Shown here: positions 1-12,007 of the stretch, piece by piece
Position numbering within the stretch: position 1 is the first letter of the stretch
How the letters are laid out: each line of letters starts with the position of its first letter
NCBI GenBank assembly: GCA_022820025.1
Contig: JAJEGF010000025.1
Span: 145,522 to 209,521 of the forward strand
From: Chloroflexota bacterium
Lineage (GTDB): Bacteria > Chloroflexota > UBA11872
Direction: 5' to 3'
DNA length: 64,000 nt
Notes under the pieces: generated by a model
What the model saw: the letters and a program-made list of their open reading frames with translations, nothing else
Databases searched by the model: none
What the model was told of the DNA's origin: nothing
Translations under genes and position numbers: made by a program

Positions 1-285
1 CCAGTCGAAGGCGTTCTTGAGCACGCCGGTGATGGAGTAGTTGTACTCGGGCACGGCGAACAGCAAGCCGTCGGCGGCCCCGATGGCCTGTTGCAAGGCG
101 GTGACCGGCGCGGGGTTGCCCTGCGCTTCGACATCCGCGTTGAAGAGCGGGATGTCGTGCAGGGGGAAGATCGTCATCTCCATGTTCGGCGGGAGCACCG
201 AGGCGGCGGCACGCAGCAGCCCGCTGTTGAACGAGCCTGCGCGCAGGCTGCCTGAGATTCCGAGAACTTTGATCGCGTCGGCCAC
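1..285 (-). CDS. NADPH-dependent FMN reductase (flavodoxin-like), runs off window edge
   Basis: Hand translation of minus strand: GTG start after TAAGGAG RBS; VLGISGSLRAGSFN and DGLLFAVPEYNYSITGVLKNAFDW motifs. Confidence 0.9.
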   Translation of the reverse strand, partial: MADAIKVLGISGSLRAGSFNSGLLRAAASVLPPNMEMTIFPLHDIPLFNADVEAQGNPAPVTALQQAIGAADGLLFAVPEYNYSITGVLKNAFDW

Positions 286-365
286 CGGCGGGTCTCCTTA
301 GGGCATGAAGCGTGGGCGCGCGGAGGCTTTGGGGCCTGGGCGCGATGTGGGAAGCGGTTGGTGGG

Positions 366-1259
366 CTACGACGCCGGCTCCACCGTCACGCCGTGCAAAT
401 CCTCCAGTGGGCGAATAATGGCGGAGGTGTTCTGGCCGCCGTAGCCGCGGGCCTGGGCTTCCTTGTAGAGCTCGTTGACGGTGCTGGTGACCGCCAGGCG
501 CACCCCCGTCAGCTTGCCCAGGTCGGCCGCCAGCTGCTGGTCCTTGGCGTGCAGGTCCAGCGCGAACTTGGCGTCGAAGTCCCGCGCCAGGACGCTGTCC
601 TTGACCATGCGCTCATGCCCGGGACTGGCGGCGGTGGCGCTTTGCAGCGTCTCGTACATGGCGGCCGGGTCGATGCCGTACTTGACGGCGGCCACGTAGG
701 CCTCGGAGATCACGGCGTTGGTGGCGGCGCCGATCAGGTTGTTGCAGAGCTTCACCACGCTGCCGCTGCCTGACGCGCCAAAGTGGCGAATGTTCTCGCC
801 CACGGCGTCGAACACGGGTCCGCCCCGCTCGAAGTCGGCCGCCTCGCCGCCCACCATGATGGCCAAGGTGCCAGCCTCGGCGCCCCAGACGCCGCCGCTG
901 ATCGGCGCGTCCAGGTAGCCGCAGCCCTTGCCGGCGGCCGCGTCGCTGATGCGCTGGGAGGTATCGGGGCCGTTGGTGCTGAAGTCGATCCAAAGCTGGC
1001 CTTCGCCGGCGCCTTCGATGACGCCGTCGTCGCCGAGGAAAACCTCATCGCACACGGGCGGGATGGGCAGGCAGGCGCAGACGAAGTCCACGCGGCTTGC
1101 CAGGTCGGCCGGGGTGCTGGCGGCCTCGCCGCCGGCGGCGACGAAGTCGTCGACCTTGCCCCGGCTGCGGTTGTGGACGACGACGTCAAATCCTGCGGCT
1201 CGCAGGTTGCGGGCCATCGGGAGGCCCATGGCCCCCAGGCCAATGAATCCGACTTTCAT
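366..1259 (-). CDS. NAD(P)-dependent beta-hydroxyacid dehydrogenase (3-hydroxyisobutyrate/tartronate semialdehyde reductase family)
   Basis: MKVGFIGLGAMG Rossmann motif, LDAPISGG, VKLCNN catalytic Lys. Confidence 0.9.
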   Translation of the reverse strand: MKVGFIGLGAMGLPMARNLRAAGFDVVVHNRSRGKVDDFVAAGGEAASTPADLASRVDFVCACLPIPPVCDEVFLGDDGVIEGAGEGQLWIDFSTNGPDTSQRISDAAAGKGCGYLDAPISGGVWGAEAGTLAIMVGGEAADFERGGPVFDAVGENIRHFGASGSGSVVKLCNNLIGAATNAVISEAYVAAVKYGIDPAAMYETLQSATAASPGHERMVKDSVLARDFDAKFALDLHAKDQQLAADLGKLTGVRLAVTSTVNELYKEAQARGYGGQNTSAIIRPLEDLHGVTVEPAS

Positions 1260-1325
1260 GGCGTGTGCCTCGTTGTGGTGGTCAGGTCGCCAGCTTGCCA
1301 CTCTTGACCACGAGCCGCCCGGCGG

Positions 1326-2243
1326 TCAGGGCGTGGGACGGCCGGTGATTTGCCTACCGATGCGGGCCATCTCCTCGCCGCCGCTGACGATGCGCGCGCC
1401 AACGTTGTGCAACAGGTGACGGATTCGCGCGTCGTCGTCCATGTTCGGGTCGGCCCAGCTGCAGAGGAAGGCCAGCCCCTCGGCTTCGCAGGCGGCCTGG
1501 ATGGTGTTGCGGGCGTGATCCATCTCTGGCCCATAGGGCGGGTCGTGCCAGTCGGGGTTGCCGTGGGAGACGCCCATGTCGCCGGGGCCCCACTCGCTGA
1601 AGAACAAGCCGGGAACGGCGGCGATCTCGAAGGCTCGCTCCATCCCGTGGCGGTCCTCGATTTTGAGCCCGAGGATCAGCTCGCCCTCCGGATTCAGCGG
1701 CCAGGGGTCGGCCTTGCGGATGTAGTCCATGGGATCCAGGCCCCAGATTTCGGCGGCGACACCCTGGCCGCCCATGCCGCGGGTGCCTTCGCCCAGGCCC
1801 TCGCCGACGCCGAGCCGGGCGTGGGGATACCGGACGGCTTCCACAAAGGCCCGCACCGCTTCCGGGGTTCGCGCGTGGCAGAGCACCAGGCCATGCACGC
1901 CGGCGGCCAGGATGTGGCGGATCTGCCAGTCGTTGGCCTGTACGACCTCTTCGGAGAGTCCGTTGACGGGCAGCGTGCAGAGGACGGTGGGCGTGAGGTG
2001 GCCGGTGGGGGTGGGACCGGCGTCGCGGAGGCCGCGCATGAAGTCAACGAGACCGCGGGTGTCCAGACCGTGATGCTCGAACTCGACGAGGATGAAGTCG
2101 GCAAACGTGCCGGCCATGTCGCGGCCGCGCTCGTAGGTCAGGCGCTCGGACATGCCGGTGTAGTACAGCGGCTCGCCGGATTCGTAGAGCTCGATGCAGC
2201 GGTTGATGCGGGGGGCGGACTGCTTGTCTGAATGCTTAGTCAT
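1326..2243 (-). CDS. HpcH/HpaI aldolase-family protein
   Basis: FILVEFEH, ILAAGVHG, LKIED, EWGPGDMGVS motifs. Confidence 0.8.
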   Translation of the reverse strand: MTKHSDKQSAPRINRCIELYESGEPLYYTGMSERLTYERGRDMAGTFADFILVEFEHHGLDTRGLVDFMRGLRDAGPTPTGHLTPTVLCTLPVNGLSEEVVQANDWQIRHILAAGVHGLVLCHARTPEAVRAFVEAVRYPHARLGVGEGLGEGTRGMGGQGVAAEIWGLDPMDYIRKADPWPLNPEGELILGLKIEDRHGMERAFEIAAVPGLFFSEWGPGDMGVSHGNPDWHDPPYGPEMDHARNTIQAACEAEGLAFLCSWADPNMDDDARIRHLLHNVGARIVSGGEEMARIGRQITGRPTP

Positions 2244-2513
2244 GGGAGCGATTGAACCCTCATGTGCGCCGGGAGGTCAAACGTGGGCCTGGACAGTTTC
2301 GTTCCTTTCCGAAATGAGAAGCAAATCTGGCTCAGGCTCAGTGCCCTGGAACAGGTCGCCCTGCCGAACGACGACACTGCCATGGGGTAGGAAGGTAGCG
2401 CCATCATCCACAACGAGACTGCCAAGATTGAGGCTGTAACAGGGAGTCCGAGGGGTCAGCCAGTAGTGGGGCAGGCTCGCTTGGTGCAAGTGGCCATTGA
2501 GGTCGTGAGATCA

Positions 2514-4421
2514 TTAGCTTGTTGGGGGCGGAGGACCGCACGGATCAACGACGACATTGAGGAGCAATTTGCCTTCGATTTCCCCGCGAACGGTCACAGG
2601 CTGGTTCGTGGACAGGGTAGAGAGCCATTCACGATCCTGATCGTCGACCAAGCACTGCACGCCTTCCAGACTGGTCGGAGAGCCATCGTTGAGCACAATG
2701 AACAGCTGGCCGAAAATATTATCTATGGATTCGATCACCCCAGATATGTCGAATACCCTGTCCTCGTAGGTGTTCTCGGCGAGAACCGGATTCCTGTTCC
2801 ACGCTCGCGTAAGTTCGCCCGCAGTGACCGCAGGTACGAGGACGGACGCCGACGGTGTTTGGTTTGAGCTTGCCTGCTCCGTTGAATCGCCGGACGCCGG
2901 CGCGTCACCCAATCGCTCCAATGTGAAGTTCCATTCGGCATCATCCGCGACGTCAACACCGACACGAAAGCTTCCGGAGGTGCCTTGAATCAGGATTTCA
3001 GATCCCCATTGATCCGAAGCTCCCCGGCCTCTGCGCTCAAGCAGAATGACATCGCCGACGAGATCTACGACCTCAAGCTGCCAAGTATCTACGGCGAACC
3101 GACGATCGTTGCCTTCTATTGAAAGCGACAGATCATATCGACCCTCCCGAACCTGGAAGATATCGCCACTACTGGCACCCGTTCCGGAAAGCGAGACTGA
3201 GTCTGGGAGCACCGGCGTGGAACTGGCAGTTGAGGTTGGCAGTTGGGCCGCTGGTGAGGACGGGGCGCGCGACGATGAACTCTCGCCATTATCTCGTGTG
3301 ATCGGCTCGGACGTGAGAAGGAAGTACCTCCGATCCTCATCTGGCTGAAGACCAGTGCTAAGCTTCGGGTCGTAGATCACAAGCGGCTGGGTGTCAGCGT
3401 CTACCTCCAGGATTACCCAGCCTTCAGCCGATCCACCTTGGTACAGGGTTACTTCAAGCTTCTCTCCAGGGAGATCGAGCCACTGGTTCGCCGTCTTACT
3501 CTCAGTCACCTCCGAGCCACTAGCCTCACTACCTGATGTCTCAGCGACAAGAGCAGCTATAGCTTCCGTGAATCCATCAGCAGAAAACTGAGTCGATGAA
3601 ATCGAAGCTGGGGAGTTACCGATCGCGGTGTTTGTCACTTTTACCTTGAACAGGAAGTACGTATTTCCTGACCTCGGCTCGGTGTCGGAATACTTGTTGG
3701 CCAAGCTAAAGACCTCCTCGGCTTCTGTTCCAACATAAGACTCGGAGATCTCAATCTCAAAAGCCGACGTAACGGCGGCTTCTCCAATTGGAACCGGGGA
3801 GTTTATGTCTGTTCCCGAACTCGTAGGCCGTCTTGCCTTGGATCGATCGCCTGCAATTCTAGAACCACTCTGCAACTCGAAGTGCATAAAGGCAGCATCA
3901 CGGTATAGAATTGATGCTGCTTCACGAACGGCGAGGACTAAGTCGTTGTCATCTTCCGCGATATCTTCAAACGTCAACCACCCATTCCGTACCTGCTCCT
4001 CTCCATATCCGTCTCCGAATACCGGGGAAGGTCCGTCATCCGAGTATGGGTTTGTGGCATCCAGATAAAGGGTGTGCTTCGACCCGGCGAGACAGAACTT
4101 CAGTTCGCCGACATCACCGGGCTGGTCGTCGTCTGATCCTGTGTACGCAACGTCCAGACGAACATGCACAAGATCAGAAATCTGAGCGAATTCCAAGACG
4201 CGAAGATCCCAGTCGCCGTACGAGCCGACGTTCCCGAGTTCGATTGGATTCTGGCGCGTGGCACCAAGTTCTAACGTGCTTATATTTGAGGAACGGCGAA
4301 TGTGCGGCGGATTCGAGCACGACTGGTCTGGGATGCATGCAGTCAACGCGGCTGCAGACAGGGACAGTATGGCAAGCATCCTAAGGGCTATGAGATTCAA
4401 GGTTCCAATCTCCCTCTTCAC
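2514..4421 (-). CDS. Multidomain lipoprotein: two DUF4352-like beta-sandwich domains, Ser-rich linkers, C-terminal OB-fold (tRNA_anti-like) domain
   Basis: Signal peptide with LTA-C lipobox; FKVKVTNT and GGSAEGWVILEV; C-terminal VTAGELTRAWNRNPVLAENTYEDRVFDISGVIESID; lower GC than flanks. Confidence 0.65.
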   Translation of the reverse strand: MKREIGTLNLIALRMLAILSLSAAALTACIPDQSCSNPPHIRRSSNISTLELGATRQNPIELGNVGSYGDWDLRVLEFAQISDLVHVRLDVAYTGSDDDQPGDVGELKFCLAGSKHTLYLDATNPYSDDGPSPVFGDGYGEEQVRNGWLTFEDIAEDDNDLVLAVREAASILYRDAAFMHFELQSGSRIAGDRSKARRPTSSGTDINSPVPIGEAAVTSAFEIEISESYVGTEAEEVFSLANKYSDTEPRSGNTYFLFKVKVTNTAIGNSPASISSTQFSADGFTEAIAALVAETSGSEASGSEVTESKTANQWLDLPGEKLEVTLYQGGSAEGWVILEVDADTQPLVIYDPKLSTGLQPDEDRRYFLLTSEPITRDNGESSSSRAPSSPAAQLPTSTASSTPVLPDSVSLSGTGASSGDIFQVREGRYDLSLSIEGNDRRFAVDTWQLEVVDLVGDVILLERRGRGASDQWGSEILIQGTSGSFRVGVDVADDAEWNFTLERLGDAPASGDSTEQASSNQTPSASVLVPAVTAGELTRAWNRNPVLAENTYEDRVFDISGVIESIDNIFGQLFIVLNDGSPTSLEGVQCLVDDQDREWLSTLSTNQPVTVRGEIEGKLLLNVVVDPCGPPPPTS

Positions 4422-4587
4422 TGAGTCTTACGACCTAGTCGCGTGTCTGAACCGAAGCTCCGTGTGGCGCACGCACTTCAATTGTGTGAGCGTAATGATG
4501 ACCGCACATCTCAATGTGAGAATATGGCGATGTTCTTACGAGACCGAGTGCGAATATGAAGAATCTATCACACTCGGTATGTGAGCT

Positions 4588-5469
4588 TCAGGGCTGCGGA
4601 GATTCCTTGCGCGCTGCAAGCAGCGCGCGGGCGGCGCCTACCACGATGCCCGCCATGTCGGCGCAGTTTGCCCGGTACTCGTCGGTGCCGAAGATGTTGG
4701 GCCAGTCGCGGCGGTAGACCAGGTCGCTGACGGTGAGAATCAGGCCCAGGTCGGCGCCGCGGAACTCAGTGACGATCATCAGGGCCGAGGCTTCCATGTC
4801 GACGCTGAGGACGCCCTGTTCGCCGTAGTTCCGGACCTTGCCCGTGAACTCGCGGTAGGGGGCGTCGGTGCTCCAGACGCGGCCGGCGTGGGATGCGTGG
4901 TCGCTGTTCCTGGCGGCCTCAATCAGTGCCCGGGAAGCCGGGCCGTCGGCGCGGGCCGGGTGGTCCGGCGGCTGGTAGTGATAGGAGGCGCCTTCTTCGC
5001 GCAGGCCGCTGGTGGCGATGACGTAATCGCCAACGCCGATCCCCGGCTTCAGGGCGCCGGTGGCGCCGGCGATCAGAAACGTTCGGGCTCCGAGCGCCAT
5101 CAACTCTTCCAGGGTCATGACGGAACGCGCGCCGCCGACGGGGATGCGCGCCACGCCGATTGGATGGCCGTCCAGCTCGCCTATGCGCAAGCCGGGGCGC
5201 AGGGAATCGGCTTCTTCGGCGGCGCCTTTGGAGCGATCGATGGTCTTGGGGCCTTGCAGGCCAAGACGAACGTCGGACTCGGCGGCGCCAACGGCCTCGG
5301 CCAGGGGCTCCACCATGAGGTTGATGAACCCGCCGATGACGAGCGCCGGGCAGTTTTCGCTTGGGTCGTGGCCGCGGCGCTCGGCGTACTCGCGGACGTG
5401 CGACTCGGGGTCGATGACCGGCGTGGCGTTGCCGTGCGCGTTGAGCCAGTCGGGTGGTGACGAGGGCAT
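4588..5469 (-). CDS. Nucleoside phosphorylase (PNP/UDP-1 family)
   Basis: ELMALGARTFLIAGATGAL, VWSTDAPYRE, SVDMEASA. Confidence 0.88.
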   Translation of the reverse strand: MPSSPPDWLNAHGNATPVIDPESHVREYAERRGHDPSENCPALVIGGFINLMVEPLAEAVGAAESDVRLGLQGPKTIDRSKGAAEEADSLRPGLRIGELDGHPIGVARIPVGGARSVMTLEELMALGARTFLIAGATGALKPGIGVGDYVIATSGLREEGASYHYQPPDHPARADGPASRALIEAARNSDHASHAGRVWSTDAPYREFTGKVRNYGEQGVLSVDMEASALMIVTEFRGADLGLILTVSDLVYRRDWPNIFGTDEYRANCADMAGIVVGAARALLAARKESPQP

Positions 5470-5530
5470 GGGAGTGTGGCGCGCCGGGGGTCTGGCCTCG
5501 CCAGACCCCCAGAAAGCGTCTACCTGGCGA

Positions 5531-7699
<2,169 letters not shown>

Positions 7700-7846
7700 T
7701 CAAGGTATTTCCGCAGCATTCTAATCGCGGCGAAGCCATCGAGGTCCCACGCGCGTAGGGAGACGGGCTGGAGAGCCGCCGCGTCCACGGCATCAATCTC
7801 CCGCTGACGGGACGGACAGTCGATGCTGCGATGCGATGATGCTGAT

Positions 7847-8104
7847 ATGCGAACGACGGTAACCATTGACGACGACGTTCTGGCGGTGGCGCGGGCGCTG
7901 GCTGAGCGGAATAGCATCAGCCTGGGCAGCGCCTTGTCGGAGTTGGCGCGGCGCGGGTTCAGAAACGCGGCGATCGCCGCTGACGGCGGAGACGGCAGCA
8001 TGTTCGCCGTGCCGCCCGATGCCGAGCCCATCACCAGCGAGGACGTGTATCGGGCCATGCACGACTGCCCTCACCCCCCGGATCGAGTCCGGGGCAGACC
8101 CTAG
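7847..8104 (+). CDS. Ribbon-helix-helix VapB-like antitoxin; no cognate toxin downstream
   Basis: MRTTVTIDDDVLAVARALAERNSISLGSALSELARRG typical of RHH antitoxins; C-terminus reads into a palindromic repeat. Confidence 0.8.
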   Translation: MRTTVTIDDDVLAVARALAERNSISLGSALSELARRGFRNAAIAADGGDGSMFAVPPDAEPITSEDVYRAMHDCPHPPDRVRGRP

Positions 8105-8126
8105 CCGTCTGCCTTCCAGGAGAGGG
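8068..8126. repeat. Palindromic CCCTCACC...GGAGAGGG element with nested CCCGGATCGAGTCCGGGGCAG element
   Basis: Outer motif shared with 50750-50920 and 58151-58183; inner motif shared with 49524-49550. Confidence 0.7.
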
Positions 8127-8396
8127 ATCCGGACCGCCCCAGGGACACGGTAATGACGAACGGGGCAGGCACGATGAACGACGACACAAAGGTCGTCTCT
8201 TACCGACTCCGTGGGTTTACCTACTGAACGGGTCAGCCCACTGATTTACGGTCCGCATGGTGCATGTTGTGTCGACCGCCTGATGAGCGTTGACCCTATA
8301 GGATGGCCGTTTCCGTGCGGAACGGCGCACATGCGCAAGCCGGCCACACGGGCCGCGTCGGTCCTGACCGAGAGTTCGCGGAATAGGAGCATGCAG

Positions 8397-8765
8397 ATGG
8401 CGAATAGCGTGGTGCATTGGGAAATCAACGCCAAGGACGGGCCGGCGATGCAGAAGTTCTACGGCGATCTCTTCGATTGGGAGATCAACGTCGCCAACCC
8501 CATGGGCTACGGGGTGGTCAGCGCGCCCAGCGAGGGTCCGGGCATCGGCGGCGGCATCATGGGCATGGGGGATGTCGAGCCGCCAACCAGGGTCACGTTC
8601 TATGTGGGCGTGGACGACGTGACCGAGTACCTGGAGAAGGCCGCGAGCATGGGCGGCAGCGTGATCATGCCGGAGATGGAAGTGATGGACGACGTGGTCA
8701 TCGGGATCTTCGCCGACCCCGAGGGCCAGGTGATCGGCCTGGTGAAGAACATCCCGATGTCGTAG
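8397..8765 (+). CDS. VOC/glyoxalase family protein
   Basis: AGGAG RBS; VVHWEI, FYGDLFDWE, YVGVDDV, IFADPEGQVIGL. Confidence 0.9.
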   Translation: MANSVVHWEINAKDGPAMQKFYGDLFDWEINVANPMGYGVVSAPSEGPGIGGGIMGMGDVEPPTRVTFYVGVDDVTEYLEKAASMGGSVIMPEMEVMDDVVIGIFADPEGQVIGLVKNIPMS

Positions 8766-8787
8766 GGGCGGTTCGCGAACCGCCCCC
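8762..8787 (+). repeat. GTAG-type REP palindrome
   Basis: GTAGGGGCGGTTCGCGAACCGCCCC perfect hairpin overlapping the VOC stop; weaker inverted GTAG half at 8924-8934. Confidence 0.7.
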
Positions 8788-8971
8788 GCTCGCGGGCCAA
8801 CAGGTTCAGTGGCCGCCGGATACCCGCCTTCGGAGACCTTTGTATGAATTCGAGGGGCGGGGCAGACCATTGGGTGTCGCCAAGCAGTCGGGTGGTCCAA
8901 GCTGCGCGAAGCAAGGGACCGTTGGAGCGCCTACGCTGGTCAGACTCGCCCGCTTGTAGCGAGGACGTGCA

Positions 8972-9817
8972 ATGAGCGCCAAACCTCCAGCCGATCAGCC
9001 TGCCTGCCCCGATCTGAGCACCGGCCAGCGCATCCGCAGCCTCGAGGTCGAGGGTTTCGTCGTTCTGCCAGGTGTGCTGGATGCGGAGACGGTGGGGCGG
9101 CTGAAGGCGCAGGCGGCGGCCTGGGATCCGACGCCGGTGCATTACAGCCAGCATCAACGCACGCAGTCGGACGTGCAGTTTGCTGGCGGCGCGGTGACGG
9201 AGCTGATTGCACATCCGCCGGTGATTGGATTCCTGCGGGCGGCGCTGGGGCCTGACCTGGTGTTCATGCACGCGCACTACGCAATCTCGGCGCCGGGGCA
9301 TCCGGGTATGAACCTGCACACCGACTCGCATCCCTACGGGACCAGCGACTGGGGATACGCCTTCAGCGCGCCGCGGCAGGTGCGGGTGCTCTACTACCTG
9401 GACGACCTGACGACGGACGTTGCGCCGTTGCGGGTGATTCCACGGTCACACCTGTCCATGCATCCGGATGCCAACCCGTACAAGCGCTATCCCTCGCATC
9501 CCGACGAGGTCGTCATCACCGCGCCGGCCGGCACGGCCGTGGTCATCAACCTGGCGCTCTTCCACGCCAACGGCCCGAACACCGGCAACCGGGCGCGCGA
9601 AATGATCGCGCTGTCCTACCGCCCGGCCTGGTGCGGACCGACCGTGCAGGACTTGGAACCGTGGCCGGACGAAGTGCTGGCGAGCTTGCCGCCACAGGTA
9701 CGCGACCTCTGCGGCAACCGCAACCAGCGCGCCACCCACGACCAGCCCGGCATGCCCCCCATCGATCCCCGAACCAACGCCCCCGGCATCAGCCCCCGCC
9801 GCTGGGACAACCCCTAA
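8972..9817 (+). CDS. Phytanoyl-CoA dioxygenase (PhyH) family Fe(II)/2OG dioxygenase
   Basis: EVEGFVVLPGVL, LHTD (HxD), LRVIPRSH, distal FHANG. Confidence 0.85.
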   Translation: MSAKPPADQPACPDLSTGQRIRSLEVEGFVVLPGVLDAETVGRLKAQAAAWDPTPVHYSQHQRTQSDVQFAGGAVTELIAHPPVIGFLRAALGPDLVFMHAHYAISAPGHPGMNLHTDSHPYGTSDWGYAFSAPRQVRVLYYLDDLTTDVAPLRVIPRSHLSMHPDANPYKRYPSHPDEVVITAPAGTAVVINLALFHANGPNTGNRAREMIALSYRPAWCGPTVQDLEPWPDEVLASLPPQVRDLCGNRNQRATHDQPGMPPIDPRTNAPGISPRRWDNP

Positions 9818-10842
9818 AGCCGAACCGTCCGGCCGCTTTCGGCTGACTCGTAGGCGGCATGCACGACACGCAGCGCAGCCAGGGCTTCGGCACCGGTGAT
9901 TGGCGCGGGCTCACCCAGGCAGCCGCGCAGCGTGCGCTCGATCCACGGGGTGTAGTTGGCGAAGTCCGGGCCGCTGTAGGCGATGCGGCGGTCCGGCACG
10001 CCGCCGGGGTCCGGCGACGTGGAGTGCCACTCCAGCAGGTGCCGGTCGGACGCTCCGAAGCGCAGCCAGCCGTTGGAGCCCCAGAGACTCAGGTCCAGTT
10101 GGTAGGGCTTGTCCAGCAGGTAGCCGGACAGCAGCGTGCCGTAGGCGCCGTTCGCGAAACGCAGGTTGACCAGCGCCAGGTCCTCCACGTCAATGGGCGC
10201 GCCGCCCACGACGTCGGTCATGGCCTGGACTTCCACCACCGGCGATTCGGTGATAAAGGTCATCAGGTCGATCCAGTGAATGCCCAGCCAGACCAGGTGC
10301 CCGCCGCCGGCCAGCGAGCGCCTGAAGGTCCAGTCGCGCACCCCGTTCGCGGGCCAGATACGCGCCTGGTCCGCGATCACCGCGCCGCGCAGCGCATAGG
10401 CCCGGCCGAGCGCGCCGCTGGCGAAGATGCGGCGGGCGTCCTGGACCCAGGGACAGAGGCGCCGGGCCAGCGGAACTATCAGGTGCTGGTCGCGCTGCTC
10501 GGCCAATTCAACCAATTCAGCGAACTGATCGGGATGCGTGCAGGCCGGTTTCTCCACCATGACGTGGCAACCGGCTTCCAGGCACCGACGAACCGCCGGC
10601 GGCGCATTGGCGGCGATCAGCGAAACGATAGCCAGGTCCGGCGCGGCGCTCGCCAGCCCGTCCGCCAACTCGTGGTGCGTTCCGCGCAGCTTGGGTCCGA
10701 GCGTCTCTCGCGCCTCGGCGAAGGTGCCGCCGGACTCGTCAACCACCACCACCGAGTCCACCAGGTCCAGGTCGCGCAGCGCCTGCAGAAAGAAGGCCCT
10801 GTGGCCCTGTTCGTCGGCTTCCATCACCAGCGCGACGTGCAT
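9814..10842 (-). CDS. Gfo/Idh/MocA family oxidoreductase
   Basis: HVMVEKP, GGGHLVWLGIHWID, VEDLA. Confidence 0.88.
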   Translation of the reverse strand: MHVALVMEADEQGHRAFFLQALRDLDLVDSVVVVDESGGTFAEARETLGPKLRGTHHELADGLASAAPDLAIVSLIAANAPPAVRRCLEAGCHVMVEKPACTHPDQFAELVELAEQRDQHLIVPLARRLCPWVQDARRIFASGALGRAYALRGAVIADQARIWPANGVRDWTFRRSLAGGGHLVWLGIHWIDLMTFITESPVVEVQAMTDVVGGAPIDVEDLALVNLRFANGAYGTLLSGYLLDKPYQLDLSLWGSNGWLRFGASDRHLLEWHSTSPDPGGVPDRRIAYSGPDFANYTPWIERTLRGCLGEPAPITGAEALAALRVVHAAYESAESGRTVRL

Positions 10843-10910
10843 GCGTTTTCCCGGCTCGGTTCTAGGCGCGACGATCCAGTCTAGGCAGCCGTCGTCACAC
10901 TTACGTGAAT

Positions 10911-10929
10911 GGGCCCGTTGCTAGACTGA
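10911..10929 (+). repeat. 19-bp direct repeat copy 1, contains extended -10 (TGcTAGACT)
   Basis: GGGCCCGTTGCTAGACTGA identical to 12670-12688. Confidence 0.9.
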
Positions 10930-10953
10930 AATTCCAGCCCCCAGAGGTGCCGC

Positions 10954-11979
10954 ATGTCCGCGCGTCCCATCCTGTTGGTCACCGGCGGCGCCGGGTTTAT
11001 CGGCGCCAATTTCGTGCATCACGTGCGTGCCGTGCGTCCCGACTGGGACGTGCGGGTGCTGGACGCCCTGACCTACGCGGGAGATCGGCGCCGGCTCGAG
11101 GGCGCCGGCTGCGACCTGATCGTCGGCGACATTGCGGACACCGAGACCGTGCAGTCGGCGTTGGCCGGGGTGACCTGGCTGGTGAACTTTGCGGCCGAGA
11201 CTCACGTGGACCGCTCGCTGCTGGACGCCGAGCCGTTTCTGCGAACGAACGTCACCGGCACCTACCGGCTGTTCGAGGCGGCGCGGCAGGCCGGGGTGTC
11301 CAAGGCCGTACACGTGAGCACCGACGAGGTCTACGGCGAAACCCGCGGCGCGGCCTTCGTGGAGACCGACCCGCCGGCGCCCCGCAACCCCTACTCGGCC
11401 TCCAAGGCGGCCGGCGATCTGATGGTGCTGGCGGCATGGCAGACGCACCGGTTCCCGGTGTGCATCACCCGCGGCGTCAACACCATCGGTCCCTGGCAGC
11501 ACCCGGAGAAAGCCGTGCCGCTGTTCACCATCAACGCCATGCGCGGCCAACCGCTGCCCCTGTACGGGCGCGGCGAGCAGCAGCGGGACCGGCTGTACGT
11601 GGAGGACCACGCCAGCGCCATCCTGACGGTGCTGGAACGCGGCGAGCCTGGCGAGGTCTACAACGTCGCCGCCGACAACAACCGCGACAACCTGAGCGTG
11701 GCGCGGCGCATCTGCGAACACGTCGGGGCGCCGCCGGACCTGATCCACTTCGTGGAGGACCGGACCGGACACGACTGGAACTACGCGCTGGACAGCGCCA
11801 AGTTGCAGTCGCTGGGCTGGTCGCCTCGTTTCGACTTCGAGGCGGCCATGGACGCCACCGTGGACTGGTACCTGGAGATGCGGGACTGGTGGGGACCGAT
11901 CGTGGACGGCGACTTCCAGGACTACTACGAGCGCCAATACGGCGAACGGCTGGCCGGTGCGGAGGCCTTTCGCGGCTAG
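10954..11979 (+). CDS. rfbB: dTDP-glucose 4,6-dehydratase
   Basis: TGGAGFIG, DALTYAG, NFAAETHVDRS, VSTDEVYG, YSASK, DRLYVEDH. Confidence 0.93.
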   Translation: MSARPILLVTGGAGFIGANFVHHVRAVRPDWDVRVLDALTYAGDRRRLEGAGCDLIVGDIADTETVQSALAGVTWLVNFAAETHVDRSLLDAEPFLRTNVTGTYRLFEAARQAGVSKAVHVSTDEVYGETRGAAFVETDPPAPRNPYSASKAAGDLMVLAAWQTHRFPVCITRGVNTIGPWQHPEKAVPLFTINAMRGQPLPLYGRGEQQRDRLYVEDHASAILTVLERGEPGEVYNVAADNNRDNLSVARRICEHVGAPPDLIHFVEDRTGHDWNYALDSAKLQSLGWSPRFDFEAAMDATVDWYLEMRDWWGPIVDGDFQDYYERQYGERLAGAEAFRG

Positions 11980-12007
11980 CGGGGCCGAATCGGCCTCCCC
12001 CGGAAAG

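Noticed and set aside
2277-2489. Possible Uma2-like endonuclease remnant (EPEPDLLLIS)
   Set aside because: Only a short motif-like match, no start context and no other family motifs
4470-4525. LacI/CRP-like operator (AATTGTGTGAGCG, CACAT-N4-ATGTG)
   Set aside because: Only partial symmetry and no cognate regulator in view
9819-9844. Hairpin AGCCGAA...TTCGGCT as a terminator
   Set aside because: Lies inside the Gfo/Idh/MocA coding end, has a long loop and no U-tract
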